Under the pieces are notes generated by a model. That model saw only the letters and a program-made list of their open reading frames with translations. It was not told the DNA's origin and did not search any database. A program made the translations under genes and the position numbers. Below, in pieces: positions 41,911 through 53,544 of a stretch of DNA of 64,000 bases (its first letter is position 1; each line of letters starts with the position of its first letter). Source of the stretch: a virus. The stretch is from positions 1 through 64,000 of the IMG/VR virus record IMGVR_UViG_3300037488_001841, one strand, 5' to 3'.

Positions 41911-44900
41911 GTTGTGGACAAATACTATATAACCTTTATATAACCGGCGATTGTACTAATACAAACGTTGGGGAAATTTACGTTGAAATAACGGGAGGTA
42001 CGTCTCCGTATACTGTTTATGAGGTTACATCAACAGGATTATTACCAACATCGGCGGCAACAACCACATATTATTATAGTGGTCTTTCTGCTGATACCTA
42101 TGTTTTGGCGATACAAGATTCTTGTATTTCTGGAGTGACTACCGAATATCTTAATATACCGATATCTTCGGGAACTTCAATAAGTGTTGAATCCTCAACA
42201 AATACAATATGTGGTGTTGATAATGGTGAAATTACTTTTGGGTTTACTCCTTTTTATGGTTATGGTGAAGGTCTATTATACGAAACAACAAATGGTTATA
42301 TAACCAGTGGATCAACAGGAACCAGCGGGTTAACATTTTCAAATTTATCAGGGGGTACTTATTATATTATTGGTGATAATGGAGCTGGTTGTACAGGATC
42401 AAGTGCTAGTGTTATTATTTTAACCTCAACAACATTAGATTATGGTTTTTATGTTGTTGATGATGCTAGTTGTAATGTGGCAAGTGGGTCAGGTAAAATA
42501 TTTGTGACAGGTCAAACAGGTATTGGACCATATACTTACATTTGGAGTAATGGTCAAACAGGGTCTACCGCAACAGGGTTAACAATAGGGTTTTACGACG
42601 TAACCGTAACCGATTCAACGGGATGTTCTGCAACTAGTGGGACATCGGTTAATAATGTACCACCAATTGGAATTGCATCATTTACCACAACGGGAAGTAC
42701 TTGTTTTAATAGTGATGGGGCGGTTGAAGTAACGGTAACTGGTGGTACGGCTCCGTTTTTTTTCTCAGGATCCAACGGGGATACAATAATAACGTTTGGT
42801 AATTCATACACGTTTGAAAATTTACCTTCAGGTACATTAACGGTAACAGTTAAAGATGCTGGTTTGTGTAGTGATACCCAATCGGTATCGTTAATAACTC
42901 CTAATGGATTTGCGGTATCTTCAATATCTTCAACTAATTCAATTTGTGGAAGTAATGGGTCAATTAATATTTTAGTTAATACGGGGTCTCCAACGGGAAC
43001 ATTTACGTATACTATATTGGATTCTTCGGGAAATACTGTTAACACAATTACGGTAGGTACTAATGCGACATTTAATAATTTACCTTCAGATACATATACA
43101 ATATTAATTGATAATAATTCGGGTTGTGTTTATACAGGATCAACAACTATTACAAATGTTAATTTATTTACAATAACTGCGGTAACAACTAATACAACTT
43201 GTGGGTTAAATAATGGGTCTATTCAGATCTTAACTACCACGGGAGGAACTTTACCTTATAGTTATCAAATAACTGGATATGCGGTTTCACCTATTAATAG
43301 TTATAATAACTTACCTTCAGGATTTTATACGGTTACTGTTACTGATGCAAATGGGTGTTCTCAGGTGACTACAACATATGTTGGGACATCAAGTTCGGTA
43401 TTCTGTAATTTATATACAATACAACCGGTTAATGGTAATGATGGTGAAATAACCGCATTTGTTAGTAGTGGTACTCCTCCTTTTACGTATAATTGGAGTC
43501 CAAATGTTAATTCCCAAACTGGTGATACTGTTACAAATTTAAGTGCGGGAACATATACATTACAAGTTGTGGATGATCTTGGATGTGTCACAACTAAAAG
43601 TGTTATCTTACAGGGGACTATTCTTTTAGGTGATTATCAAGTTTATAATATTAGCGATACTAATTTTGTTGATAGTGGAGTTGATGGTAGAAGGGGAATA
43701 GGTCAAATGTATAATGAAGGATTTTTTGATCTAACTGATAATGATACAAATTGTATTGTTAATAGTGGTCAATTTATAATAGAAACAATTGTTAATGGTG
43801 AGGTTAAACAAAATTTATTTTATACCTCAACAGGAATATACGATTACCCTACAGATACTGAATGGACTAATATTGTTAAAAGTACTTTGTTAAGTTATCC
43901 TGATATTGGTGAGGTTGATATTGATATTACTAAAAATAAAATGACAATTGTTAATGATTGTAAAGATATTAACAAAAGTTGTGTTCAAACAAAATTTAAC
44001 ACATTAGCAGATGCTAAAGTGATAGTTAATTTAATAATTAATTATGATATTTCTTGTGTTCAATGTGATCTACCGGTAATTACTCCTACCCCGACGCCAA
44101 CTAACACTGTGACACCAACAAACACACCAACTAACACTGTGACACCAACAAACACACCAACAAATACATTAACACCAACAAACACATTAACACCAGGGTT
44201 ATCACCAACAAGTACTCCGACAATGACAATGACTAACACGGTTACATCAACTCCGACTATAACACCTACGAATACAAATACCGCAACTCCGACTATAACA
44301 CCTACAAATACAATTACGCCAACAAATACAACAACGCCAACAAATACCAAAACTCCAACCTCAACCGCAAGTAATACTCCAACGCCAACAAATACAATTA
44401 CGCCAACAAATACAATTACGACAACAAATACTGAAACGCCAACACAAACACCAACTAATACCATAACACCTACAAACACCGAAACACCAACACAAACACC
44501 AACAAATACAAATACACCAACAAATACGGAAACTCCAACCAATACGCCAACGACAACAAACACCGAGACGCCTACAAATACACCAACAAATACAATGACA
44601 TCTACCCCAGCTGCGACCCCAAATAATAGTCCAACTGCTACTTCAATCCCAACAACAACTCCAACCCCAACAAACACTGAAACACCTACAAATACGCCAA
44701 CAAATACCATAACTCCAACTAACACTGAAACGCCAACAACAACTCCAACACCTACAAATACGCCAACAAATACTATAACACCAACTAACACTGAAACGCC
44801 AACACAAACACCAACACCTACTGTAACTCCAACTAACACTATAACTCCAACAAACACCATAACACCAACAAACACTGAAACACCTACAAATACGCCAACA

Positions 44901-45512
44901 AATACTCCAACTCCAACAAGAACTCCTACACCAACAACAGATTATATTTTTGCAAATGCGGATCCTTGTTGTGGAGGACCAACACAAGTGATGTATTTAC
45001 CAAGTGTTTACCAAAACCTTTCAATCTTATATATTGTGGGAGCAACAAATGGACAATGTTATACGATTGGTGGACCAACAACTGGCCCGGCAAATATAAC
45101 TTGGGATGGTAATCTACCATATGGTGAAGATGATTGTAACGCTTGTCCATACTTATGTCTTACACCAACACCAACAAATACCATAACTCCAACAAACACT
45201 GAAACACCTACAAATACGCCAACAAATACCATAACTCCAACTAACACTGAAACACCAACTAATACACCAACACCAACTCAAACTCCACCAACTCCTGTGA
45301 GTTGTAAACAAGGATCTATCCCTGAATTTACACCATATAGTTTCTATGATTGTTGTGGTATTCTACAAACAGGAACCACTAACGGAACAACGGCATTTGA
45401 TTGCTATGATTCAAATCAACCATACTCAGGTATCTCAGGTGGAAGTGATTGTGCGTCACCACCTTCATGTACCGTAACACCTACACCAACGAATACTCCA
45501 ACCCCAAAATAA
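41907..45512 (+). CDS. SprB-repeat protein with mucin-like Thr-Pro-Asn tract and Cys-rich C-terminal modules (putative tail fibre/appendage)
   Basis: About 7 repeats of C...DG.I.V..TGGT.PYTY.WS....L..G.Y.VTV.DA.GC; about 280 aa of TPTNT repeats. Confidence 0.8.
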   Translation: MSCGQILYNLYITGDCTNTNVGEIYVEITGGTSPYTVYEVTSTGLLPTSAATTTYYYSGLSADTYVLAIQDSCISGVTTEYLNIPISSGTSISVESSTNTICGVDNGEITFGFTPFYGYGEGLLYETTNGYITSGSTGTSGLTFSNLSGGTYYIIGDNGAGCTGSSASVIILTSTTLDYGFYVVDDASCNVASGSGKIFVTGQTGIGPYTYIWSNGQTGSTATGLTIGFYDVTVTDSTGCSATSGTSVNNVPPIGIASFTTTGSTCFNSDGAVEVTVTGGTAPFFFSGSNGDTIITFGNSYTFENLPSGTLTVTVKDAGLCSDTQSVSLITPNGFAVSSISSTNSICGSNGSINILVNTGSPTGTFTYTILDSSGNTVNTITVGTNATFNNLPSDTYTILIDNNSGCVYTGSTTITNVNLFTITAVTTNTTCGLNNGSIQILTTTGGTLPYSYQITGYAVSPINSYNNLPSGFYTVTVTDANGCSQVTTTYVGTSSSVFCNLYTIQPVNGNDGEITAFVSSGTPPFTYNWSPNVNSQTGDTVTNLSAGTYTLQVVDDLGCVTTKSVILQGTILLGDYQVYNISDTNFVDSGVDGRRGIGQMYNEGFFDLTDNDTNCIVNSGQFIIETIVNGEVKQNLFYTSTGIYDYPTDTEWTNIVKSTLLSYPDIGEVDIDITKNKMTIVNDCKDINKSCVQTKFNTLADAKVIVNLIINYDISCVQCDLPVITPTPTPTNTVTPTNTPTNTVTPTNTPTNTLTPTNTLTPGLSPTSTPTMTMTNTVTSTPTITPTNTNTATPTITPTNTITPTNTTTPTNTKTPTSTASNTPTPTNTITPTNTITTTNTETPTQTPTNTITPTNTETPTQTPTNTNTPTNTETPTNTPTTTNTETPTNTPTNTMTSTPAATPNNSPTATSIPTTTPTPTNTETPTNTPTNTITPTNTETPTTTPTPTNTPTNTITPTNTETPTQTPTPTVTPTNTITPTNTITPTNTETPTNTPTNTPTPTRTPTPTTDYIFANADPCCGGPTQVMYLPSVYQNLSILYIVGATNGQCYTIGGPTTGPANITWDGNLPYGEDDCNACPYLCLTPTPTNTITPTNTETPTNTPTNTITPTNTETPTNTPTPTQTPPTPVSCKQGSIPEFTPYSFYDCCGILQTGTTNGTTAFDCYDSNQPYSGISGGSDCASPPSCTVTPTPTNTPTPK
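44080..45290 (+). repeat. Coding minisatellite ([13 protein letters not shown]); includes a 30-bp tandem duplication at 44097-44160 and a 65-bp perfect direct repeat at 44667-44731 / 45189-45253
   Basis: Direct inspection of acaccaacaaat-type units. Confidence 0.9.
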
Positions 45513-45611
45513 TAAGAGAATTGGGTAACACTATATAACAAGAACTAAACCATACTTAATTCCAAAGTGGATAAAATACACTTTTAAAAAATAATAAGTA
45601 TCTTTTAAGTT

Positions 45612-46592
45612 ATGAAAGATATAATTTTTGTTACGGCACAACCTGATGTTCCTTATTTTCATTGGCAGGTTAAATTATATACACATAATTTCATTGAGAT
45701 GGGTATTGAACCATGTCAAATTCACGTCATTTTTGGATTAACAAATGGTCAAAAAGAACCTTCTAAAGGTGCTTTAGAATTATGTGATTATGGTTTTAAT
45801 GTTCATTTTTATTATGATGATAGAATTGGTAAAAATTACATACCAAGTATAAAACCATATTTAATATCAAGATGGTTATATGAACATCCACAATATGGTA
45901 AAGTATTTTTCTTACACGATGCTGATATAATTTTTAGGGAATTACCTGATTTTGATAAATTAATGTCTGATAACGTTTGTTATTTATCTGATACAATTGG
46001 TTATATTGGATACAATTACATTATGGATTGTTGTAAAAGATATGAGAATGTTCACCCAAAATCAGAAAAAGGTCAATTGTTAAGTGAAATGGCTGGTATT
46101 GTTGGATTAGATGTTGATACAATTAAAAATAATCAAGAAAGTTCGGGAGGTGGTCAATATCTCTTAAAAAATATGACATACGATCTTTGGGAAAAAATAT
46201 ACTTAGATTGTGTTCCTCTTTATAAACAAATGCATGATTACCATAAAAGACATCCAATAAGTCCTGGTGAAATACAATTTTGGACTGCGGAAATGTGGTC
46301 TTTATTGTGGAATTTATGGTTACATAATTATGAGACCAAAGTGGTTGATGATTTAAATTTTTCTTGGGCTACAGATGATATTAAAATATATGAAGAAAGA
46401 CCAATATTACACATGGCTGGTGTTACAGATAATTTAAGAGGAACTAAATTTTATAAGGGGGAATATATAAATGTTGATCCAATAGAAAAGTTGAAAGAGA
46501 ACCCATTACATTTTGATTACATTGAAAAGAATAGTACGACAATAAAATATATTGAAGTAATGAAATCATTTATTCAAAAAACAATAAATTGA
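45612..46592 (+). CDS. GT-A fold glycosyltransferase, resembling peptidyl-serine galactosyltransferase / hydroxyproline arabinosyltransferase (GT96/GT95-like)
   Basis: YFHWQ, YIPSIKP..I..WL, FFLHDADIIFR (DxD), GGGQYLL, WTAEMWS, ILHMAG. Confidence 0.7.
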   Translation: MKDIIFVTAQPDVPYFHWQVKLYTHNFIEMGIEPCQIHVIFGLTNGQKEPSKGALELCDYGFNVHFYYDDRIGKNYIPSIKPYLISRWLYEHPQYGKVFFLHDADIIFRELPDFDKLMSDNVCYLSDTIGYIGYNYIMDCCKRYENVHPKSEKGQLLSEMAGIVGLDVDTIKNNQESSGGGQYLLKNMTYDLWEKIYLDCVPLYKQMHDYHKRHPISPGEIQFWTAEMWSLLWNLWLHNYETKVVDDLNFSWATDDIKIYEERPILHMAGVTDNLRGTKFYKGEYINVDPIEKLKENPLHFDYIEKNSTTIKYIEVMKSFIQKTIN

Positions 46593-46620
46593 TTATTTAT
46601 ATATTAAACAAATAACTTAA

Positions 46621-48681
46621 ATGGCGATAATATATAAGGTAGAAAATATAAACCCGGTTATATACAATAACTTCACATTTGTTGATGGTAATGGGGTTAG
46701 TAAATCAATGGATTTATTACCAAATGTATCATATTACATCAATGGTAATAGTGTCATTTCGCCCGCGTTATTTATTACGGTACTTAATTTAGGTAAAGAA
46801 ACTATTAGATACTGTTTCCAAAGTTGTTGTAATAATGACATTATTGATTTTGATGGGAGTAATCAATTCCCATTTAGTACTTACCAAGTTGGCGATACCA
46901 TATATTTTGATCAAGCAATCACATCTTCAAATCCTAATAACTATAAAACAGGTTGTTATGAGTTAATAAGTTTCGGACCCACTAATACACACTCATGTTC
47001 AATAGCCGGATCTGAAAATGTTAGTGTTGTTTCTTTTGAAAGTAACCCATATGATAGTTGTAATAACTGTATTGTTGATCACAGTTGTTGTGTGAGTTAT
47101 ATAGTTACAAACCAATCATCAACGAATGTTAAAACATCAATTGAATTTACTCCTTGTTGTGATGAAACTAAAACATCTCCATATTTCATACCATTCCAAA
47201 CAGGTATATTAGTATGTAGTTCAACAGGTATAAAAGTTTTGGGTGGTGACGTTCAAGTTATAAATAATGGGAATTGTCCTGATTGTCCTGTTATCACAAC
47301 AACAACAACGGGACCTGTAGTAACAACCACAACAACATTTGCTCCTCCAATACCACCAATTGAGCCTCTTAATGAATGTTCTGTAATAACTATTTTCCCT
47401 CTTGGGGTTGAATGTTTTACAGTTGACCCAACAACAAGTGGATCTTTCGATGGTGCGGTCACTTTAGGTATAACGGGAGGGACACCACCATATGAGGTTG
47501 TTTGGGAAAATGGATCATTATCTCAATCGTTAAGTAATATTGGAGTTGGGGAATACAATTCAATTGTTACAGATTATTATGGTGATTTTACTGCATATAC
47601 CACTTGTGTATTAACCGCTGAAACACCGGTTACAACAACTACAACAACTCAAGAACCATTACCATCTTATGAAGATATATGTATAACAATTATTAGAGGT
47701 AACAAACTATTTTCTTACGCTGAATATTACCAATTTGATTTTAATAATTATATCGGAGATTATCCTACTTGGACTAATACAATAGATGGGTTAGATATTG
47801 TGTGGGGCGAAACTAACAATCAATGGGAGGTTTCTGGATGGACTATAGGTCAAATTATTAATACTAATCCGGCAATACCACCACTAAATGGGTGGGATTC
47901 TTTAGGGCCTACATTACCTGATAGAGTATTATCAATAACTGCGGTTTCAGGACTATGTCAATTATTAAGTATGCCTAACTTAACGATACGTGTTAATCAA
48001 CCTGAGTGTGGTTGTGACGGAAGTTTAATCTTAACTCCTTTTGGAGGTACTCCACCTTACACTTTTTCTATTGATGGTGGTACGACTTATGCTGCAACAA
48101 CAATATATAATGATTTATGTCAAGGAACTTATATTGTTTATGTGAAAGATTCTTCAGGATTTACATATAGTGAAACTGTTACTTTATCGGCACCTACATC
48201 ATCGGTTAATTATATTTTAACTATGGCATATTTGGGTGGTAATACATTTGGTGTTAGTATATCTCCTTCATTATCTATTGGGACCACAGTTACTTTTGAT
48301 GTTATACATACTAACACATTTATTGTTGGACCTTTACAGTCAAGTGCAACTTATAATAATACGGTTACATTAAACGTTAATGGGGTTCCGGTTTCTTATA
48401 CTCCACCACCTGTACTAACCCAACTTTCACCGGTACCTCAACAATTCCCTTGTCAAGGATCTTTCCAATACACAACAACAAAACAGTTTACGTGGGTTGG
48501 TTTAAGTATGACGTTTGGTACAATAATAAATGGTTCGTTTACTAATACAATATCGCCTGTTTTACCAACACCACAATGTTTTGTTGCAACTACATCATAT
48601 TATATTTATATAAATAATGTAAGAATAAATAATGATTGTGATACGATAAGAGTTGTTAACCCTAAACCACCAAAAATTTAA
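46621..48681 (+). CDS. Cys-rich SprB-repeat protein with poly-Thr linkers
   Basis: FDGAVTLGITGGTPPY, CDGSL.L..FGGTPPYTFSIDGG...DLCQGTY.V.VKDS; TTTTT tracts. Confidence 0.75.
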   Translation: MAIIYKVENINPVIYNNFTFVDGNGVSKSMDLLPNVSYYINGNSVISPALFITVLNLGKETIRYCFQSCCNNDIIDFDGSNQFPFSTYQVGDTIYFDQAITSSNPNNYKTGCYELISFGPTNTHSCSIAGSENVSVVSFESNPYDSCNNCIVDHSCCVSYIVTNQSSTNVKTSIEFTPCCDETKTSPYFIPFQTGILVCSSTGIKVLGGDVQVINNGNCPDCPVITTTTTGPVVTTTTTFAPPIPPIEPLNECSVITIFPLGVECFTVDPTTSGSFDGAVTLGITGGTPPYEVVWENGSLSQSLSNIGVGEYNSIVTDYYGDFTAYTTCVLTAETPVTTTTTTQEPLPSYEDICITIIRGNKLFSYAEYYQFDFNNYIGDYPTWTNTIDGLDIVWGETNNQWEVSGWTIGQIINTNPAIPPLNGWDSLGPTLPDRVLSITAVSGLCQLLSMPNLTIRVNQPECGCDGSLILTPFGGTPPYTFSIDGGTTYAATTIYNDLCQGTYIVYVKDSSGFTYSETVTLSAPTSSVNYILTMAYLGGNTFGVSISPSLSIGTTVTFDVIHTNTFIVGPLQSSATYNNTVTLNVNGVPVSYTPPPVLTQLSPVPQQFPCQGSFQYTTTKQFTWVGLSMTFGTIINGSFTNTISPVLPTPQCFVATTSYYIYINNVRINNDCDTIRVVNPKPPKI

Positions 48682-48703
48682 TAATTAACTATTTATATAC
48701 AAA

Positions 48704-51238
48704 ATGGCATATATAATAAAAAATACATCAGGACTTGTTAATACTAGAATGACAGATACAGGTAGATTGAAGATGTCTCAGGGCAATTTCAATATATCAT
48801 ATTTCCAAATTGGTGATAGTGAAGTTTCTTACGATAAAGTTTCTAGTACTTATAATCAAGCAAATAGTTTTGTATTAATACCACCATTTGGTAGTCAAAA
48901 TAGTGATGGGATACCAAAATCAAACAAACAAAATGTTAAATATCCATATTATGTTGACGGTAATGCAGGAAACACATATGGTATTCCATATATGGATTCT
49001 ACGGTTGAAAATGTTTTTAACAGAGCGCCATTGAGGGGGTTTTTTACCGGTAATACCACGGCAAGTACAATAACATGGAGTGCATTAACAAGTAGTAATT
49101 ATGTTAAAACATCTAACTATTTGGTTGATCCTTTTTCGTTAAACGGGACTAATGAAATAACATTAATTTATTCTGGTTGTAATACCTCATCATTTGGTTC
49201 ATTTGATGTGGGTGATTTTATTACAATTTATTTTGATGGGTTAGGTTGTCATAATTGTACTTGTACTAATTTACCAACTCCAACACCTACGGCATCACAA
49301 GGATCAACCCCGACACCTACTCCAACACCTTCGGCAACTAGTGGAACTATTAATTGTGCTAGTCCAACTCCAACCCCAACACCTTCAAAAACACAATGTT
49401 TAACCCCAACACCAAGTAGACAATGTCCGGCACCGCCAGATCCTGTTTGTTTAATGGATATGTATAGTTGTTATCCAATATTAACATATAGAATTATTGC
49501 GATTTGTGATAATAAAATAACTTTAGATAGAACTACTCCAAACTTTGGGTTAATTAGTAATGAATGTTGTTTTAGGGCTTTAGTGTATCCTAAAACTATG
49601 ACAGAATTATATGATAGTATAACACCAAGTCCACATTGGGATAATGATGTTATTAACTATGAAACAATATGTGATGTTGATCAGTTTGATGTTAAAATTT
49701 GGAATATGAATATTCCTTGGACTGAAAGTCCTGCGGGTCTAAGATCAACTCAATTTGAGGACTATACTTATTTTGGATCAGTTAATTATATAGGAAGTAA
49801 GGAGTATTTTGGTTATAATTCAAATTCAGGACAAACTTTCTATGTTAATTCAACTTTAAGTGCTGAAACTACTGACACATATTACTACAACTCATTTGAT
49901 GAGGTGGTAAAAGTTGAACCTGAAGAACAAAAAGCGATTGCGATAATACATTATACAAATCAAACGATTGACTTCTTCTATGGTGAGAAATTTGCGTTAG
50001 AACCGTATGATCCATCTAACCCTGACGATACAACAGGGCAAGCAAGAAACTTTAAATTACATATTCCTTGGATTATGTGGCATAAAAATCCTGAATGTTG
50101 TTTTGGAGATACATTTTGGGTAGACCCTCCGGGATTTGATGGTAAGGGATTATTTGAGGTTCATTTTATGGAATCTAATCTTAATAATGACATGAATAAT
50201 CCTGGTTTAAGATATTACCATTTATGGGACACACACCCTAATTCTAATGGATTACCAAGTAGAATAGGTAAAGTTTTCCCTGATAGTCAAACTATTATTA
50301 TTGATGATGAAGAAATTGTTGCGGCAATGTCATATAAGGCAAATCGAAATTGGACATTACCGGCACCTCAAGTATCATTAATAACTCCAAACATATGTGA
50401 TACAACCTCATCTACAATTAATGGTATATTAACAGGTAATAATGAAACTATGTATATTACATATCGTTTAACTAACGAATATGGATTTACTAATTCATTA
50501 CATTCAAATTATTATATAAAAATTACAGGTAATAATAATGATTGTTTCCCTGATACGTCTAAGAACGTTGCAATAAGATTCGGGGGAGAGTTTGGTTGTT
50601 TGGTGGTACCTGGTTATAACCCAACGACTACAACAACAACTTATAGTCCAATTACTACTACTACAACAACATATATTCCTGTAACAACTACAACAACAAT
50701 ATGTCCTACCTGTGACATACCAAATGGATTTTACGCCACAAAATTTGAGGTTTTAGCTCAGAAGGTACCAACAGGAACCAGACCTAACCCATCTAATTGG
50801 AGATTAATTGATTTTACAAATAGTATAAGTGCGGATACAATTAATGGTTATATAACTGAGGATGCTTTAACAGGTACTACATTTATAGTGACGGAAACAT
50901 TATATAATTCGGCACCATATTATAATCTAAATGATTATATTGATTTAACACCACTTGGTAATACAAGTCCGAAGTTAAATTTTGGGGATGAGTATTATTT
51001 TTATGGTGGAATTGAAACAGATATTCAGGCAACAATATATGAAATGATGTATAAAGTTAACTTAAATTATACAGAATTCCAAAATACTTCAAACCCAACA
51101 TGGACTCCTGGCACAAAATCTTACATTACCGAAATTGCATTATTGGACGACAAGAAAGATGTTTTGGTGGTTTCAAAACTACAATCACCGGTGTTAAGAC
51201 AAGGGATACAACAGTTTTTAGTTAAGTTTGATTTATAG
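48704..51238 (+). CDS. Putative tail/baseplate fibre-attachment protein with TP and poly-T inserts
   Basis: N-terminal TDTGR..M..G.F.I.YF..GDSEV.Y; C-terminal YITEIALLD....L.VSKL..PV; TPTPTP and TTTTT tracts. Confidence 0.65.
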   Translation: MAYIIKNTSGLVNTRMTDTGRLKMSQGNFNISYFQIGDSEVSYDKVSSTYNQANSFVLIPPFGSQNSDGIPKSNKQNVKYPYYVDGNAGNTYGIPYMDSTVENVFNRAPLRGFFTGNTTASTITWSALTSSNYVKTSNYLVDPFSLNGTNEITLIYSGCNTSSFGSFDVGDFITIYFDGLGCHNCTCTNLPTPTPTASQGSTPTPTPTPSATSGTINCASPTPTPTPSKTQCLTPTPSRQCPAPPDPVCLMDMYSCYPILTYRIIAICDNKITLDRTTPNFGLISNECCFRALVYPKTMTELYDSITPSPHWDNDVINYETICDVDQFDVKIWNMNIPWTESPAGLRSTQFEDYTYFGSVNYIGSKEYFGYNSNSGQTFYVNSTLSAETTDTYYYNSFDEVVKVEPEEQKAIAIIHYTNQTIDFFYGEKFALEPYDPSNPDDTTGQARNFKLHIPWIMWHKNPECCFGDTFWVDPPGFDGKGLFEVHFMESNLNNDMNNPGLRYYHLWDTHPNSNGLPSRIGKVFPDSQTIIIDDEEIVAAMSYKANRNWTLPAPQVSLITPNICDTTSSTINGILTGNNETMYITYRLTNEYGFTNSLHSNYYIKITGNNNDCFPDTSKNVAIRFGGEFGCLVVPGYNPTTTTTTYSPITTTTTTYIPVTTTTTICPTCDIPNGFYATKFEVLAQKVPTGTRPNPSNWRLIDFTNSISADTINGYITEDALTGTTFIVTETLYNSAPYYNLNDYIDLTPLGNTSPKLNFGDEYYFYGGIETDIQATIYEMMYKVNLNYTEFQNTSNPTWTPGTKSYITEIALLDDKKDVLVVSKLQSPVLRQGIQQFLVKFDL

Positions 51239-51292
51239 CAAAAACTTTAGTTTTACATTCGTCCAATTATATTATAATAAAATAATCATTAT

Positions 51293-51901
51293 ATGAGAAC
51301 ACCAATTAAAAACTCACCTAAAGTTTTAGGATTAGATATTTCCACTAAAACCATAGGTTGGGCTCTTTTTGACATAAAAACTCAAGAACTATTAGAATTA
51401 ACTCACGTATCCCCACGACCAAAATCAAAAGATACTGAAGAAAATAAAATGTTAGAATTAATACTTAAATCTGAAATTTTTAAGACAAAATTAGAGGACT
51501 ATAAAAAATTAGGTATTGTTAGTGTTATTATTGAAGAACCACTACTTAATTCAAATAATGTTTATACCATTCAAACCTTATTAAGATTTAACACATTAAT
51601 ATGTAAAACGATTTATGATATTATTGGGATCGTCCCCGAATTCATATCCACATATAATTCAAGAAAGTTTGCGTTCCCTGAATTGGTTAAAGAAAATGAT
51701 AAGAAGAAACACGTACTATTTGGGGGGTTACCAAAAGACATTGATAAGAAAATGGTTATATGGGAACTTGTTGCAAAAAGAGAACCACAGATCCAATGGC
51801 AGTATACTAAAAATCAAACACTTAAGAAAGAAAACTTTGATCAAACCGATGCTTATACCTGTGTATTAGGTTATATGAGAAGTAAAGGAATTTGGGCTTA
51901 A
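51293..51901 (+). CDS. RuvC-like Holliday junction resolvase
   Basis: VLGLDISTKTIGWA, IIEEP, DQTDAY (RNase H-fold acidic residues). Confidence 0.8.
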   Translation: MRTPIKNSPKVLGLDISTKTIGWALFDIKTQELLELTHVSPRPKSKDTEENKMLELILKSEIFKTKLEDYKKLGIVSVIIEEPLLNSNNVYTIQTLLRFNTLICKTIYDIIGIVPEFISTYNSRKFAFPELVKENDKKKHVLFGGLPKDIDKKMVIWELVAKREPQIQWQYTKNQTLKKENFDQTDAYTCVLGYMRSKGIWA

Positions 51902-51926
51902 TATCGTTTAATATACCGATAATTTG

Positions 51927-51957
51927 AAATATCGTCTTTATGGACGATATTTTTTTT
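51927..51957. terminator. Bidirectional terminator between convergent genes
   Basis: AAATATCGTC-tttatg-GACGATATTT plus T-run. Confidence 0.75.
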
Positions 51958-53543
51958 TATGGACAAAGTATAACATCAATTATTGTACCTGTTGAATCTA
52001 CTTGTACTGCATAAACTACAACTGCTGGTGCTAATACAGATGATATTGCAATCCATTGATTATTTTGACCTGTTATTGGTAAATTTGATAAAGCATCAAT
52101 TAATGGAATTCCGACAACAGGTAATGAAGTAGATGTAATCCATCCATTACTTGCAAATGATACATAATTACTACAAGCCAATATATCCGTAGACCACCAA
52201 TTTGCTCCACTAGTCCAATTATAACTTGTAATTTGGTTTGTGGATGATGGTGTTGGTGTGTGTGTTGGAGTAGGTGTTGGACTTGGGAAACAAGGGACTC
52301 CCGTTTCACTAACATCTATTGATCCAAGTAACGAATATGGTGTTGATAATGAATTAACAATTATACTCTGATATGCGTTTAATGTTTGAATTGTTGATAA
52401 CCCTGATAAATCAGTGAAAACATATGTTTGATTGTTAATAGGGCTATTATTAGTTAATAAATATTGAACACAAAGAGTATTGTTACAACATACTCCCACA
52501 TTGGTTATTATTGCGGTTCCTATTGAGATTGTTGGCACTGTGGTAGAACAAATGTGAATTACACGATCTCCCCAAGATTGTGCACCTACAGATGATGGTC
52601 TTAAATCAACCAATCTATTATCCGAACAATCATTAAATGTTATAACTGTGTTTTGAGCGGTACCATCAAAATTCGATATAGTGTAAGCATTACATGAACA
52701 CGGTTTTGTTGGTGTTGGGGTCATTGTTGGGGTCATTGTTGGAGTAGAAGTAATAGGAATACAATTTAAGCAACTACCATCACTTGACGGACCATATTCT
52801 GTGGTTATAACAACCTTATCCCCACCACTTATATTATCAACTATTGTTTGGAATATAAAACAAGATGATTTACCATTTATTGTTCCACCATAAACATCTC
52901 CAATAACTAATAAGTTTCCAATGGAGTCAAATAGAGTTTGTGTTGTGTAGTACTCAATACCGGTAAAACAATCCTCAAATTTCTTACTTGTTGCACAAAC
53001 AATAAATCCATCAACGTTATTAAATTTTGCCACCCCATCATAATTACATGGTCTATCAATTGGTGATGAAGGGGTTGGAGTATTAGTAGGTGTTGGAGTT
53101 GGGGTTGGTGAGTATGTATTTGCCGTTACGTTTAATGAAACACCACCACATACATTGGTTGGGGTTGGTGTCATAGTTGGAGTTGGTGTTATAGTTGAGG
53201 TAGGGGTAGGTGTTGGTGTCGGTGGAACATCACAATCAAACTCTGCGTTAAAATCAATATCACAAGGTACTGGTGGTGGTGGAGTTGGTGGACAAGGCCC
53301 ATTAGATAAAATTGATGTGTAGAAATCGGGACAACTACTTGATGTTGGGGTTGGACCAAATAAGAGACAAGGGTCTCCTAAATTAGCCGCTAAACACCAT
53401 CTATTTTCTGTTATTGAATAAAAAACGTAGTAACCATTTGTTGCTCCAGTATAATAATCTAAACTATAGTATTGGCCATCAATGGTATATGTGTCATCAT
53501 ATATTCCCGCATTACTTATACAAATATCTGTACTACAACTCAT
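51957..53543 (-). CDS. Cys-rich, Thr-Pro repeat putative virion appendage protein
   Basis: Cys-rich modules separated by TPTPTP linkers, the same style as the 41907 and 46621 ORFs. Confidence 0.75.
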   Translation of the reverse strand: MSCSTDICISNAGIYDDTYTIDGQYYSLDYYTGATNGYYVFYSITENRWCLAANLGDPCLLFGPTPTSSSCPDFYTSILSNGPCPPTPPPPVPCDIDFNAEFDCDVPPTPTPTPTSTITPTPTMTPTPTNVCGGVSLNVTANTYSPTPTPTPTNTPTPSSPIDRPCNYDGVAKFNNVDGFIVCATSKKFEDCFTGIEYYTTQTLFDSIGNLLVIGDVYGGTINGKSSCFIFQTIVDNISGGDKVVITTEYGPSSDGSCLNCIPITSTPTMTPTMTPTPTKPCSCNAYTISNFDGTAQNTVITFNDCSDNRLVDLRPSSVGAQSWGDRVIHICSTTVPTISIGTAIITNVGVCCNNTLCVQYLLTNNSPINNQTYVFTDLSGLSTIQTLNAYQSIIVNSLSTPYSLLGSIDVSETGVPCFPSPTPTPTHTPTPSSTNQITSYNWTSGANWWSTDILACSNYVSFASNGWITSTSLPVVGIPLIDALSNLPITGQNNQWIAISSVLAPAVVVYAVQVDSTGTIIDVILCP

Positions 53544-53544
53544 A

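Noticed and set aside
44060-44875. 271-aa Val/Gly-rich minus-strand ORF (and 42593-43045, 43361-43591, 44643-44987, 45059-45247)
   Set aside because: Antisense shadows of Thr/Pro codon repeats, which lack stops on the opposite strand
44080-45290. CRISPR array or DGR template/variable repeat
   Set aside because: The repeats are in-frame coding, with no unique regular spacers, no adenine-specific mismatch pattern noticed and no reverse transcriptase in the window
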